DNA of 64,000 bases from Rhizaria sp. SCN 62-66 (taxonomy: Eukaryota). The translations under genes were made by a program, and so were the position numbers. The stretch is taken from assembly GCA_001724265.1 (NCBI GenBank), contig MEDY01000104.1, forward strand, positions 1-64,000, written 5' to 3'. The notes beneath the pieces are model-generated. The model was given only the letters and a program-made list of their open reading frames with translations, was not told the DNA's origin and ran no database searches. Shown in pieces: positions 50,389-62,238 of this stretch; position 1 is the stretch's first letter, and each line of letters opens with the position of its first letter.

Positions 50389-51646
50389 ATGAACGCGCTG
50401 CAGATTCTGGATCCCGGGCAGGCACATCTGCACGCCCTGCCACTGCAGCAGCTCGTCCTGAGCGTCACCCGCCGCATCAGCGACCAGTTCGCCGCTCTCT
50501 TCGCCTCGCTCGTCCACGTCGATGAAGCCACGCGCCGCAAGGCGCTGGGCGAGGTTGCCGAGACGTCGCGGCAGCTGCTCGCGCGCGTGCTTGCTGTCGT
50601 CCGCTGGCTCCGCGACGTGGGACCCGTCCGCGCCCGCCTCCCCGCGGCCGCTAGTGCTGTGCGCCACTGTCGCGCGCCCTTAGATACAGCACACGTGTCC
50701 GCGTCAGATCTGCGGAAATACCTCTCCCACTACTCCCACCCCGCGTGGGACTTGCCCAGCGCGCTGCATGTGCTGTCGGCGCGCGGAAACAGGCTTTTCC
50801 CGGCCGCCGTCCAGCTGCGGATGCAAGAGTAGCATGTGAGGCTGATCCAGCAACAACAGCAACAGCAGCAGCAGCAGGGCGGTGTCGTCAGCGCAGTCAT
50901 TCCCAGCGGCTCCCCGCGCGTCAGCCGCGAACTGCGCGCCGCCGTCGAGGCCCGCCTCGCGGCCCTAACACGGCTAGCGCTCCTGCGCAAGCCTCCGCCC
51001 GCGCGGCTCTTCTCTTCCCCGCCTCCTCACTCTCGCAGCGGGGGCGGGGACGGGGACGGCGGCGACGACGTGTACGATGTGGAGAGTGACGACGGTCTGC
51101 GTCTGAGTGTCGGCGCAGATGGCACGCTGCGGCTGTGGCTCCCGAGCGTATTTGTGGCGACGCTGGCGTTGCGTATGCTGTCTGATGAGTATTTTGAGCA
51201 CACGCATCCTCGGCTGCATAAACTCTACGCTACCACTGCCTCCTCTGACAATAGCAACAACGACGACGACGACAATGACGACGACGGCGGTCGCGGCAGC
51301 AGTGATGGTGCGAATGTCAAGGTTAAGAAGAGGAGCAACGCTGTCGTGACAGTAGTGGACGTCTCGCCCGGTTCCCGCGACGCAGTCAGTCGGCTCGCAC
51401 TGGCGGAGGAGAGGCGTGTCGTGTGGCAAGTGCTGCATGTGGCTCTGCTTGTCAACGCCGCCGCGCCGCCGCAAGTCGACACACTGAGCAGCAGCAGTAG
51501 TGACGCCAATGACGACAGCAGCAGCGGCAGCAGCAGCAGCAGCAGTAGCAGCGGCGGGGCTGAGACTGGCAAGCGTAGCCCTGAAGACGACGGCAACAAT
51601 GACAACAATGATGAAAACGCGATTGGCAACAACGATGACAACGACC

Positions 51647-51684
<38 letters not shown>

Positions 51685-54600
51685 AATTACGCTAAAGCCA
51701 CTGCAGGTGCCGGATCTGTGATAACTGCTGCGGGCAAGCGTGGCAGCAAGAAGTCTAGCCGCGTCCCCCCGCAACTTAAGCTAGGCCGCGAGCCGACCAA
51801 TGCGGCACTTATGTCCTCTCTGAACCTCGCAATTGGCAACTGCACCACTGACAAGAACAACAGCAACAAGAACAATAGTACTAAGAGTGGCGGTAAGGGA
51901 AATGCAGTGCGACAGGCGCCTGTGTCACCGGTCAATAGTCATGCTGCGAATATGATCATGGTGATGTTGAACCAGCATCTGCTGCCGCGGCGCCCTGCCC
52001 TCTTACTCTCATCCCCCGCCTCTTCATTATCGAGCCCCAGGCTGGCGGAGGGCAACGCGATCGTCGAAGTCGCGTGCGCACTCGCAGGCGCGGGCGCGGG
52101 GCTGGTCCTCGGCCTGCTATGGCAGCAAGCGCGCGCGCAGGGAGCGGCCGGCGGACTGCTGCTGCTGCCGTCATCTCTGAGCGACACGGAAACCGACTGG
52201 GTGTTGCGGGCGCATCGGGCGCGGCTGGCCGGGGCGGCGGTCGCGGTCACCGCCGCGCCCGCGGCCCCCCTCTCCCACGCCACAGCAGCCTCGACGGCGA
52301 CTGGGACTGCTGCGAACAGCGGCGTCAACAGGGCTGGCGGTTATCCCAACAGCAATAACGTCCTCAATGCCAAGGGCGACAACGACGACGACGATGAGGA
52401 TGAGTTCGGCGTTGGGGGAGACGCCTCCGGCCACTGGCGCGTCTCATTCCCGGACAACGGCAGCCACACCAACCATCATAGCAGCATCACCAGTACGAAT
52501 CTGACTGCGGCGAGTGCTACTGCTGCCTCCGCAATGGCGTTTTGGTTCTCCAGCCCCACAGCGAGCCCGACGTTCCAGACTGCGCTGAGCAGCGCCGTCG
52601 CCGCCGCCGCCGCCGCACGCGCCGCGTCCCCGGCCCCCGCGCTTGTGGCCGTGCTGCAGCCTCAGCGCAGGCTCCGGGTGTACTACTACCTCTCGCTCTC
52701 TTCAGCCTCCGCCTCCGCGACCGCGACTAGCGCCAGACCCCAGAGCCGGGCGGGTGCTGCCTCGGCCTCTGCAGGCAACGCCGCGCATTTCAGTACCACG
52801 GCCGCTGCTACTGGCGTTGGCCACGGCGCCGGCGCCTTGGCCGCGCTGGCGTCATCCGCGCCTTTCCTCGACTTCACCATCGCACCCGCCGCCGCCGCCG
52901 CCGGCACCGACTCCCGCATCGCCGCCGCCGCCACCGCCACCGGCGCAGTCGCCGGTGCAGGCACAGGAGCCGCGTCCGCCGCCGCCGCCGCCTCAGCGCT
53001 GCCTCTGCGCGCGGGCTCTCTCGTCGCGGTGTCGCACTGGCCGCCGCTCGCAGGGCTGAGGCTCGCGGTCGCGCCCGCTGCCCCCGCGCTCGCCCCCCTG
53101 CTCGCGCGCGCGCGCAGGGCGCTGGACCGGTGGCGGCTGCGGGAGCTGAAGCTGTTCCTCCGCGCGGCGCCGGTGCTGGAGAGCTTTCCCGTCGCGCTGG
53201 TGGCCGCGCCGCGGCTGACGCGGTTCGAGGGTCGCTCACTGCAGCTGCGCAACCACGACACTGGCGGGGCAGAGGCGCCAGTGCCGGAGTCCGACTCAGA
53301 GGCGGAGGAAGAGGCCGGTGTCGAGCGCAATGCAGCTGCCAGCTCTGCGGGTGCGAGCACGAGCGCGAGTGCTAGGCGGGTGAATAAGCGCGCGACAGCG
53401 GCTGCGGGGGATGGCGACGAGCGCGCACACCGCCGTGCACGTGCCGTCGGTTCTAGCAACCCTAGCAACAGCAACAAGACGGCTAAAGCTAATAAGGACG
53501 ACAACGATGATGACGATGACGACGGGTATGAGAACGATGATGTTTGGCTCCAACCGCCGCCTCCAGGCACCGCCACTGCCGCTACTGCTTGGGCAATGCG
53601 CACCACCGATAGCTCTAGCTCCATTGCAAGTGCGGGTGCAAGCGACCGCGGGCGCAGCCGCGTCTCTGCGACGACTGCGACTAGTGCAGGCGACCGTGGG
53701 CAGCGCAGTGCCAGGCATGGCCGTGCCCGCGGGTCGCCGGAGCGTGCGCTGGAGCTCGTGGTCACAGTCTCTCACTCGGCCTCGGCCGCGCTCAGTACCC
53801 ATGCTGCTCATGGTCACCCCCACGGCCACGACCGCGATGCCAGTAGCGGGAATAGTAGCAGGCTGCGGCGGGCGCAGATGAGTCGCCACCGGTCCCACGT
53901 GCGGTCGCACATGGCGATGTTATCCGCCCCCACGGCCTCGGCGTCCAGCTCCCACGCCGGCTCAGCCTCTGGAGTGATGCTGCCGACGCCTGTCCTCGGG
54001 GCCTCGTCGCTCTCCGGCGCCAGCGCTTTCAGCATCTCTCACAACAAGCAGCACCAGCAGCAGCGTCGTCGTCGTGCGGCTGCCCGCAGTCACAACAACA
54101 ATAACAACACCGCGGGTGCGCTGCGGCTAACACCGCGGCGGCTTACCTTTAAGATCGAAGCCGGTGCATTCGTGGCCGTTTACGACACCGTCTGCGCCCC
54201 CGCGCGCCCGCTCCTGGTCTCACACTCGACGGCCCCCGGCGGCGGCCTCCGCGCTGCTAATGTCGGTGCGAGCGCGAGGCTGACGTTCGGTGTTCCAGGC
54301 AGCGGCGCCGGCCCCCGCTCCTCTGCCGCTCCTGGTGCTGCTGCTGCGCACGGTCACGCGGCGCACCCGCAGCAGCACGACAGCGAGCTGTCGCCCCTGT
54401 CCATCTTCCTCCAGGCCCCCGCGCGCGCGTATCTGGCCCACCAAGCCCGCGCCGCCGCCGCCGCAGCTGCAGCAGCTGCCGCCGCTGCAGCCGCCCAGCA
54501 GCAGCAGCAGCAGGAGGCTTCTGATCAGCAGGCGCTGGCACCGTTGGGTGGCCGCGTCGGCAGCGGCACCGGCGCTGCTGCTACTGGGGCCGCTGAGCCC

Positions 54601-57600
54601 TTTCTGGCGGCCACGTTGACTGCCGCTCGCCCGCCGCCTCAGTCGTCCGCCGCCGCCGCCGCCGCTGCGGCCGTTGCGGCTGCGGCCGCTGCGGGCGGGG
54701 GCGGTTCAGGTCTGCTGACCCCGGTGCCCAGCGCGACACCACGCTACGGCCACGGCCACGGCGATGGCGTTGGAAGGATGCCTGGGCTATCCCGCATCGG
54801 CTCGTTAGTTTCGACGCAGACCCAGGCGCGACAGGCGCGCGCGCACTCGGTGCTATTGCAACGCCGCGCCAGCACCCTCGCCTTGGCCAACAACAACTAC
54901 TACAACAGCAACAGCAACAGCAACAACGCCGCCAGCAACGGCGGCAACGGTGCAGGGCTGACGGTGGGCTTCGCGCGAGTGGCGTCGATGGCGCCCCGGC
55001 TGGCACTCGCCGCTACCGCGATGCCGCCGCCCCAGCCTCTCAGCAGCGGCAGCGCTGCGCAGGGGCAGGGCCTGGCGCTCGCGCTCGCGCTGTCGTCCGG
55101 GCCCCACCTTGGCTACACGCGCTGCGCCGACTCCTCGGCCGCCAGCCCGACTCCCGCGGGCCCGGGCACGGCTTGGTCGAGCGACAGCGCGCACGCCGCC
55201 GCCGCCGCCGCCGCCGCCGCCGCTGCCGCTGCCGCTGCTGGGGGCGGGGGTGGCGGTGTTGGCAGTGCGACGGCGCTGCTGGTGCTGCAGTCGCCGTTTT
55301 CGTCCGCGAATCCCGGCGTGAGCGAGACTGCCGCGTCGCCAGCGCTCGCACTGGCGCACGCCCTTGCCCGCCGCGCACACAGCCACAGCCAGTCCTGCAG
55401 CCGCAGTCGCCGTCACGATCACGGCTCTGGCCATAAGCGCCGCGACGGGCGTCGCAGCGCCGGCACCGCGGCCGCCGACGCCGACGCCGATGACGCTGCC
55501 GCCGCAGGACTGTTCGTGCTGCGCTCCGACGCCCCCGCCGTCGCCGGGCTCGTGCTCTTGGCGCTGCAGGACGGCGATGCACGCGCGCGCGCCCTCCACG
55601 CGCGCCTCCAAGCCCAAGCACAGGCGCAGGCGCTGTCGCGGTGCCCATCGCAGACGGGCAGTCGCAGCGGCAGCCGCGACGGAAGTCCCGTCGGCAGCCC
55701 TCGTGCTGGTCCTGCCTCCCCCACAAACACGATCACGAGCACGGGCACGGGCACTGGCTCTGCTATTGGATCTGGCTCTGGCAGTCTGAGCTCTACTAGT
55801 TTGACTCATATCGGCTCGAGAACGGGCGCTGGCGCTGGCGCTGGCTCTGTTGCAGGCTCAGGTCAGGGCCACGTCCACGTGCAAGCGCAGCTGCAGCAGC
55901 AACAGCAGCTGTTGCAGCACCAACAGCTTCTGCTCTCCGCGCTGCCCGCGTCGGCACTTGCCCACGCCCCCGCGGCCCACTTGCCGCCGCTGGCAGTGCT
56001 GTACACCTCGTACCTGCTGGCGCGGCCGTCGCGGCTGCTGCTGCTGCCGCTGGCGCTGGCGCTGCTGCGGCACGCCGCCGTGGTCGAGTCGCTCTCGGCT
56101 CTCGCGGTCGCCGCCGGGCTCCGCTGCCAGTCTGCGCTGCCGCACGCCTTCCCGGTCGCGGCCCGCAGCGCAACAACCGCCACCGCTGCGCCCGCCGCCA
56201 ACGCCGCCGCCGCGACCGCTGATGCGAATGCAGATAAGGTCGACGACGATGACGAGGAGGAGGGACGGCATTGGGCGGGGCTGTGGCACGCGCTGCGGCC
56301 TGCCTTCTTGTCCTCTCGCCTGCGTCACCACTCGCCCTTTGATGCTCACGCCAGCGTTAACACGGCCACCGCGAACAGCAGCGCCAGCGCGAGTGCGAAT
56401 GTGAACGGCAATTGCGCTGCAGTGAACGCCGGCTCTGTCGTCAAGGGCGCCTCTAGCTCTAGCGCTAACCCTAGCACTCGTGCGGGTGCTGGCGCGAGTG
56501 CGAGTGGCGCTGCGCTGCCGCTGCAGTTGTTCGATGCGTTCACGCTGTATTTCCCTCTGGCAGCGGCGCCCGGCGCGTACTTGGCCGTGGCCGCGCACGC
56601 GCCCCTGCGCGCTCTCCGCCCCCGCTACCGCGGCGGCAGCGGCGCTAAGCAGCGCAATAGTCGCACTGGCGATGCCAGCAGCAACGGTAGCGGCAGCGCA
56701 AGGCCGCACAGCACCGGGACTGAGAGGGCCGCCCGGGCTCTGGCGCGGGCCATCGATGGCAATAGCAATGCCTCCAGTTCAAGTGCCAGTGTCCGTTCCA
56801 ATGCGGCTCACAATGCTTTAAATGAGACCGAGGTCAAGGGTGAGGTGAAGCGTGAACCTACCAGCGCCAGCGCCAGCGCCAGTGCCAGTGCCAGTGCTGT
56901 GCTTGCTGTGTCGGGCCTGAGTCTGGACGCGTGCCCCGCCGTCACGGAAGTGAAGCCGTTCGCTGGTGCGGAAGTTAAGCCGTTCGCGGCTGGCGTTGTC
57001 TCCGGTCTGGGCGGTGACTCATCAGACTCTGACACTAATACTGGCGATGGCGCTGGCGCTAGTGGCCGCCGCCGCCGCAGCAGCAGCAGCCGGGATAAGC
57101 GGCAGGAGCAGCAGCGGCGTCGTCGGAGCAGTCTCGGTGTCAATACTAGCAGTGGCGTCAACAGTGACGACGACGATGATGATGACAGTCTGTTCGACTG
57201 CCACAGCTCGGACTCGTACACCGAGTCCTCTGACGACGACGGCGGCGACAGCGATACCGATACTGATAATAGCAAGGGCGACGACGACTGCAATGACAGC
57301 GATACTGGAGACAGCGACAGCGAGGTCGATAGCGAAACCGAAGCCGTCGCCGCGTCACTCCGCGCGCGCCGCCGCAGCTGCCCTCTCAGCGGTCCCGACG
57401 GCGGCAACAAACGTTTCCGCAGCCGCAGCCGTGGTGTCGGCGGCCGCTACCTGCGCGCTGGCTCCGCCGCGTCCGCGCGCGCCCCGTACTATCTCGTCTT
57501 TACGGAGCCTGGGTCGCAGACGGTCACCGCGGCGTTTCCGCTCGGCGCCGTGCTGCGCGCGCTCCACGGCACGTCTAAGGACCGGGCCGCCGGCGGTCTA

Positions 57601-60600
57601 AGCACCTCTGCCGGCTGCGCGAGTGTAAGTACCACAGGTGTAAGCAGTACCCCCGAGGTGTTGTTCGCAACGCCTGGCTTCGATACGAGCACGCTAGCAC
57701 TGCTATCCGCATCAGTCCTGCCCAACAACAACATCTACGATAACAACGGCAGCAGCGCTAGTGATGATCGGAGTGACAGTGTGTTTGTGAGTCCCCTGTG
57801 GCGCGCGCTGCCCCGCCTAGCCCACGCCTCAGTCAGCGCGCGCGCTCTGCGCGGGCTGCTCGCGACTGCGGGCGCCGCGGCGGCTGTGCTGGCGCTGCTG
57901 TTCGGCGCCGTGGGCTCGCGCCGAGGGCAGGCCGACGCCGCGGTCATCGCAGTGCCGCACTGCGACTACGCCACCGCCAGCGCCACTGCGCAGAGCGCCA
58001 TGCAACAACAGCAGCCGCAGCAGCGGCAACGGCAGCGGCTGGGGCAGCGGCTGGGGCAGCGGCGGCGTGTGGCGGGGGTACGGCTGGCGCTGATACTGAC
58101 GCAGCCTGAGCTCCAGGGCATGCACCTCTGCGCGCGCTCTCGGGCCAGTGCCGTTGCCGAAGGCGGCAACCCGAGCTTAAACGTTGTCAAGAGCGAGAGC
58201 GACACGCTGACGGCGATGGCTATGAAGGACGATGCTAGTCCAAATGCCGGTACCAGTCATACCAGTGTCAGAGCTAGCGCTAGAGGCGCTGGTGAAGTTG
58301 GTGCTGAGGCTGAGGCTGGTGATGGACGGCTGCGGCTGCGTCGGTCCGCGCCCGCGCTCCTGGTCGACCTCACGCACGCCTACAACTACAACAATTACAG
58401 TGGCGCGATCGGCAACACGAGGAGCTCTTCTGGTAGTGTCACTGCAAATAGCTGTGTTAATAGCAAGAGTTGGGCGTGGGTGTTGCATCCCAACCTCGCG
58501 CGCTACAACTCGCTCGTCCGCGAGGCTAACCCCGACGACAGTGCCGATTCAAGCACGAGCGCAGGCGCTAGGGACAGTTCAAGTGTCAATACTGTTGTCG
58601 GCGCACTGGGCGCCTGCGCTGTAGACATTGGCAGCGACGCCGCAGCCATTGTGCGCGATCTCGCGACCGCCAGCTTCAGTTCCAACCCCAGTAGCACTGG
58701 CAGCGGCGTTGGCAACAGGAAGACTGGTGCTGCCCCGCCGATGCCGCCGACTCTGGTCGCCGCCGCGCTCGCCGCGCCCGCGTCTGGCGCCGCCTCTGCC
58801 TCCGCGGCCGCCGCTGCCGCACTGGCACGCGCCCGCACGCTGCCAGTCGGCCCCGGCTCCCTATCCTCCTCCACCGCCGCTGCCGCTGCTGCTGCTGCTT
58901 CGACGATGATGACCGGCGCCGGTGCTGGTGGTGCTGCGCAGTTGGCCGACGGGGCCAAGACGGGCCCCGGGTCGAGCCTCGTCCGCGCGCGCTTCGCGGC
59001 CGGCATCGCGCTCGCCACAGGCGCCGCCGCCCGCGCCCCGCGCCGGCAGTCACGCTCGCACTCGCAGTGTAATGCAGCGGCGTCGGCGTTGGCGTTGGGG
59101 AGCGTGAATGCTGCGGCGGCGCTGCTGCTGGCCGCGCGCGCCGTTGTGCGGTCTGCCAACACCGTCGCCGCCATCGACCTCGTCAACGCGCGCCTCGCGT
59201 CTGCCGCCGCCGCTGGCAACGCTTCTGATGCTGCTGCTGCTGCTGCGGCGGCGGCGGCTGCTGCCTTCACAGCTGTGCCGCTGACGACTGACGCCCTACG
59301 CGCTGCGATCGGCGGCTCAGCCACCGCCGCCACCGCCTCTGCTTCGGCCACGCTGTCCGCCGCCGCCGCCGCCGCGCCCGCGCCCGCCGCGCTGGCCGTC
59401 CCGGCGGGTCTGCTCACCGTCGCCGCCGCCAGCCCGGCCGCCGTGACGCTCCGCGTGCAGCCCTACGCCGCCGCGGACCTTGCGGGGCAGCCGCTGGTCC
59501 AGCTGGGCGCCGGCGCCGCGGCCGCCGACCCCCTGGCTGCGCACTTCCTGCGGCTGCTGCGGCCAGCCGTTGCCCGCGTGGCGCCTGCGCTGCTGCCGCT
59601 GCTTGCGCCGCCGCCGCCGGGCCGCGAGCGCGCCGCGCCGTACTCCTGGCTCGTGCGCATCGCGCTGTGCGACGGGCCGCTGCCGGCGACGCCCTGCCTG
59701 GCGACGCCCTGCCCGACCCCGCGCAACCCCCAGCAGCAGAAGGGCGGTATCAATGCGCCAGGCAAGCACTCGCAGTCTCAGCAACAGTCTCAGAGTGCTG
59801 CTATTGCTGCGGCGGCAGCGACTGCTGCTGCCGCGCACGTGCTGTCGCGCCCGCGCGCGCGTGTGTTTGCCGCGGCTGGCGGCGCTCTGCGCACGCGGCT
59901 GTCGTCCTTCCCGCTGGCGCTGCCGCAGCGGGCGCACCTCGAGGCGCTACTGTCCGCGCGCGCGCCCGCGCCGTGCCGCCTGCCGGCGCTGGCGGCGGCG
60001 GAGGAGGAGGCGCCACTGGCCCCCACGGCGCGCGCGCTCGCCCGCGCCGCCCCGCTCAGCTCGCACCCCGCGGTCGTGGCCTCGCGCAAACGCCTGTCAA
60101 GCACCGACAGCAAGAGGAGCGCAATGAACGACGACGGCGACGATGATGACGCTGACGACGATGCTGAGACTGGCCATAACAACAAGAGTCAGGATCAGAC
60201 TGCTAAGACTAAGAGCTCTGCTTTTTCTGCTGCGGCTGCGGCCGACTCTGCGCGGGTGCGGCTGCCCGCCTCGGTGCTCCCCGCAGCTTCAGCGCCGCCG
60301 GCCGGTCTGTACAGTCTGCTGGAGCACCTCGCGTTAACGCACCGCGCCGCCCCCGCGCTGCACCTGTTCCCTCTGCTCGTCGCCTACTGGGCCGTGCGCG
60401 CCGGTACGCCTCTAGCCGCAGCCACGGCGGCGCTGGCGCCCGCGGGGCAGCCCCACCTCACGCCCGCGGCCGCCGCGTCGATTGTGACGACCGGGATCGT
60501 GCCGGGGCTGGCCCCGCCGCCGCCGCCCGTCACGCTGTCGGCACTGTCGGCCACGCGCCTCGCGCTCACGGTAACCGCCAGCAACAACGCCAAACACGCA

Positions 60601-62238
60601 AGCAGCGGTCACGGCGGTGGCGTCGTGACAGAGACGCACTCGCTCGTGCTGGCGAGCCCGCTCGGCTATACACTCGCTGTTTCTAACAGCAGCACCAGTG
60701 CGGCGGCACCGGCTAAGCCGCCGACGCTGCTGCCGGCCGGCGCGCTGCTGCTTTCGCTCACGCTGCTCTATCTGGGCAACGCGACCGCCGCGGCCGTGCA
60801 GTCTCTTTCCGCCCCCGTGGCCTCTGGACAGGGACATGAGAACGGGCCGGAGGTGTCGGTGCTGGCCTCTGGCAGCGGCGGCGGCGCGGCTAACGCAGCG
60901 GCCCGGCACGCCGTTGAGCTCGTCATCGCGCCCACCAACGCCGCCGCGGCTAACAACGCTCCAGCGACCCGCAGCGGCGGCAGCGGCGCGGGCAATGGCG
61001 CGACGCTGGGGTTCGTCGTGAGGCCGACTAATACAGCTGCCGCTTCTGCGCTCGCGGCCGCGGGCGTGGGCGTGGCGCAGCTCGAGGCGCTGGGCGCGCT
61101 GGCGGGCGCGCGCTTCACGCTGCCTTTGGCCCACGGGGCCGGGCGCGGGCTCGCGCTGCTCCTGGCGCTGCCGCCGCCGGCCCTGGCAATTGCCGCGACC
61201 GTGGCCGACTTCGAGCGCGCGCAGGCCCGCCGCGTGGCCGAGACCGCGGCCGCGCACGGGCTGCAGCTCGCCAACGCCGCCTGGGCCACCAACACGAACG
61301 CGAATAGTGTCATCAGCAACACTGCCAACGGCGCTGCTGCGAGTGCGGGTGCGAACGGTAAAGGGCAGCTGCTGGGGGTCAGCATGGGCGGCTTCGTCCC
61401 GATTCTGCTCGAGATGGCGCTGGGGCTGCCCGCGCCGTGGGCGCCGCACTACGACCCCGCCGCGGAACTGCTCTATCTCACGCTTGCGCTCCACGCTGTC
61501 GCGCCTGCGCACGTGCCAGGTACGCTCTTTAACCGTGCTCAGAGCAACGATGGCTTTGCTTTGGATGGATATATCTCGACAGAACATCGACATACTAGAG
61601 CAGTATTTGAATAGTATCTTCATCTTAATGTTTAATACTTCATCTCACTATATATTTTATATTATTTAATATATTTGTTTGATAACTACTCCACTTTAGG
61701 AACGCGCTCTCGCCGCGCCGCCCCCAGCGCCGCCGCGACCGCAGCCGCCTTCGCCGCTCTCAGCTCAAGCACTTACACTGGCGCTGGCGCTAGTAGTGGC
61801 GCCACTGGTGTGGCAGCGCGCGTGCGGACGGTGTACCACACGCACGGCGCGACGCTGCTGCTGCCTGTCGCCATCGACGCCACCACCACTAGCAATATCA
61901 GCGCTCCGAACGGAGTTTCTGGTGGCAGCGGCGGCGGTGGTGGCAGCGGTCGTGTTGCGGGGTGTGTGTATCTGCTGGAGATGGTTGAGACGCCGCTGGT
62001 GGCGGGGCCGCCCGCGCGGGAGCTGCACATCTCCCTCTCGCGTCTCCTCAACACGACAGCCCAACGCCCGAACAACAGCGCCAGCAGCAGCACCAGCGGC
62101 GGCAACAACGCTGCTGAGGGCGCTGGCGCTAGCGGTGGCGGCGCGGGGCTGCCGCTGATGCAGTTGCTGGGGGTGCTCACGACGCGCCCGCTCGAGGACC
62201 TGGTCGCCATCATCAGGGACGAGCTCTGGAGGAGGTGA
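50389..62238 (+). CDS. MED14: Mediator subunit Med14 (Rgr1)-like, greatly expanded (~3889 aa); exons 50389-61519 and 61700-62238; in-frame TAG at 50830-50832
   Basis: N-terminal LPLQQLV…DEATRRKAL…SRQLLARVLAVVRWL…PAWDLPSALHVLS…RLFP, and after the TAG, ARLAALTRLALLRKPPP…SVGADGTLRLWLPSVFVATL; together these follow the Med14 N-domain pattern. An AT-rich phase-1 intron 61520-61699 (GTACGC...TAG) restores the frame. Ends in TGA. Confidence 0.75.

Noticed and set aside
3488-50832. Pseudogenisation, pyrrolysine or A-to-I (UAG to Trp) editing as the explanation of in-frame TAGs
   Set aside because: Four genes including Med14 would have to be hit only by TAG, with no TAA/TGA or indels. The contexts favour Gln, not Trp. 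Pyrrolysine is not known in eukaryotes. U-to-C editing or efficient readthrough cannot be excluded from DNA alone.
61612-61614. TAG ending the 50836-61614 track ORF, as a true TAG stop or a seventh sense TAG
   Set aside because: It lies inside an AT-rich segment bounded by GTACGC (61520) and TTTAG (61699). Removing this intron restores the frame into the 61700-62238 exon.
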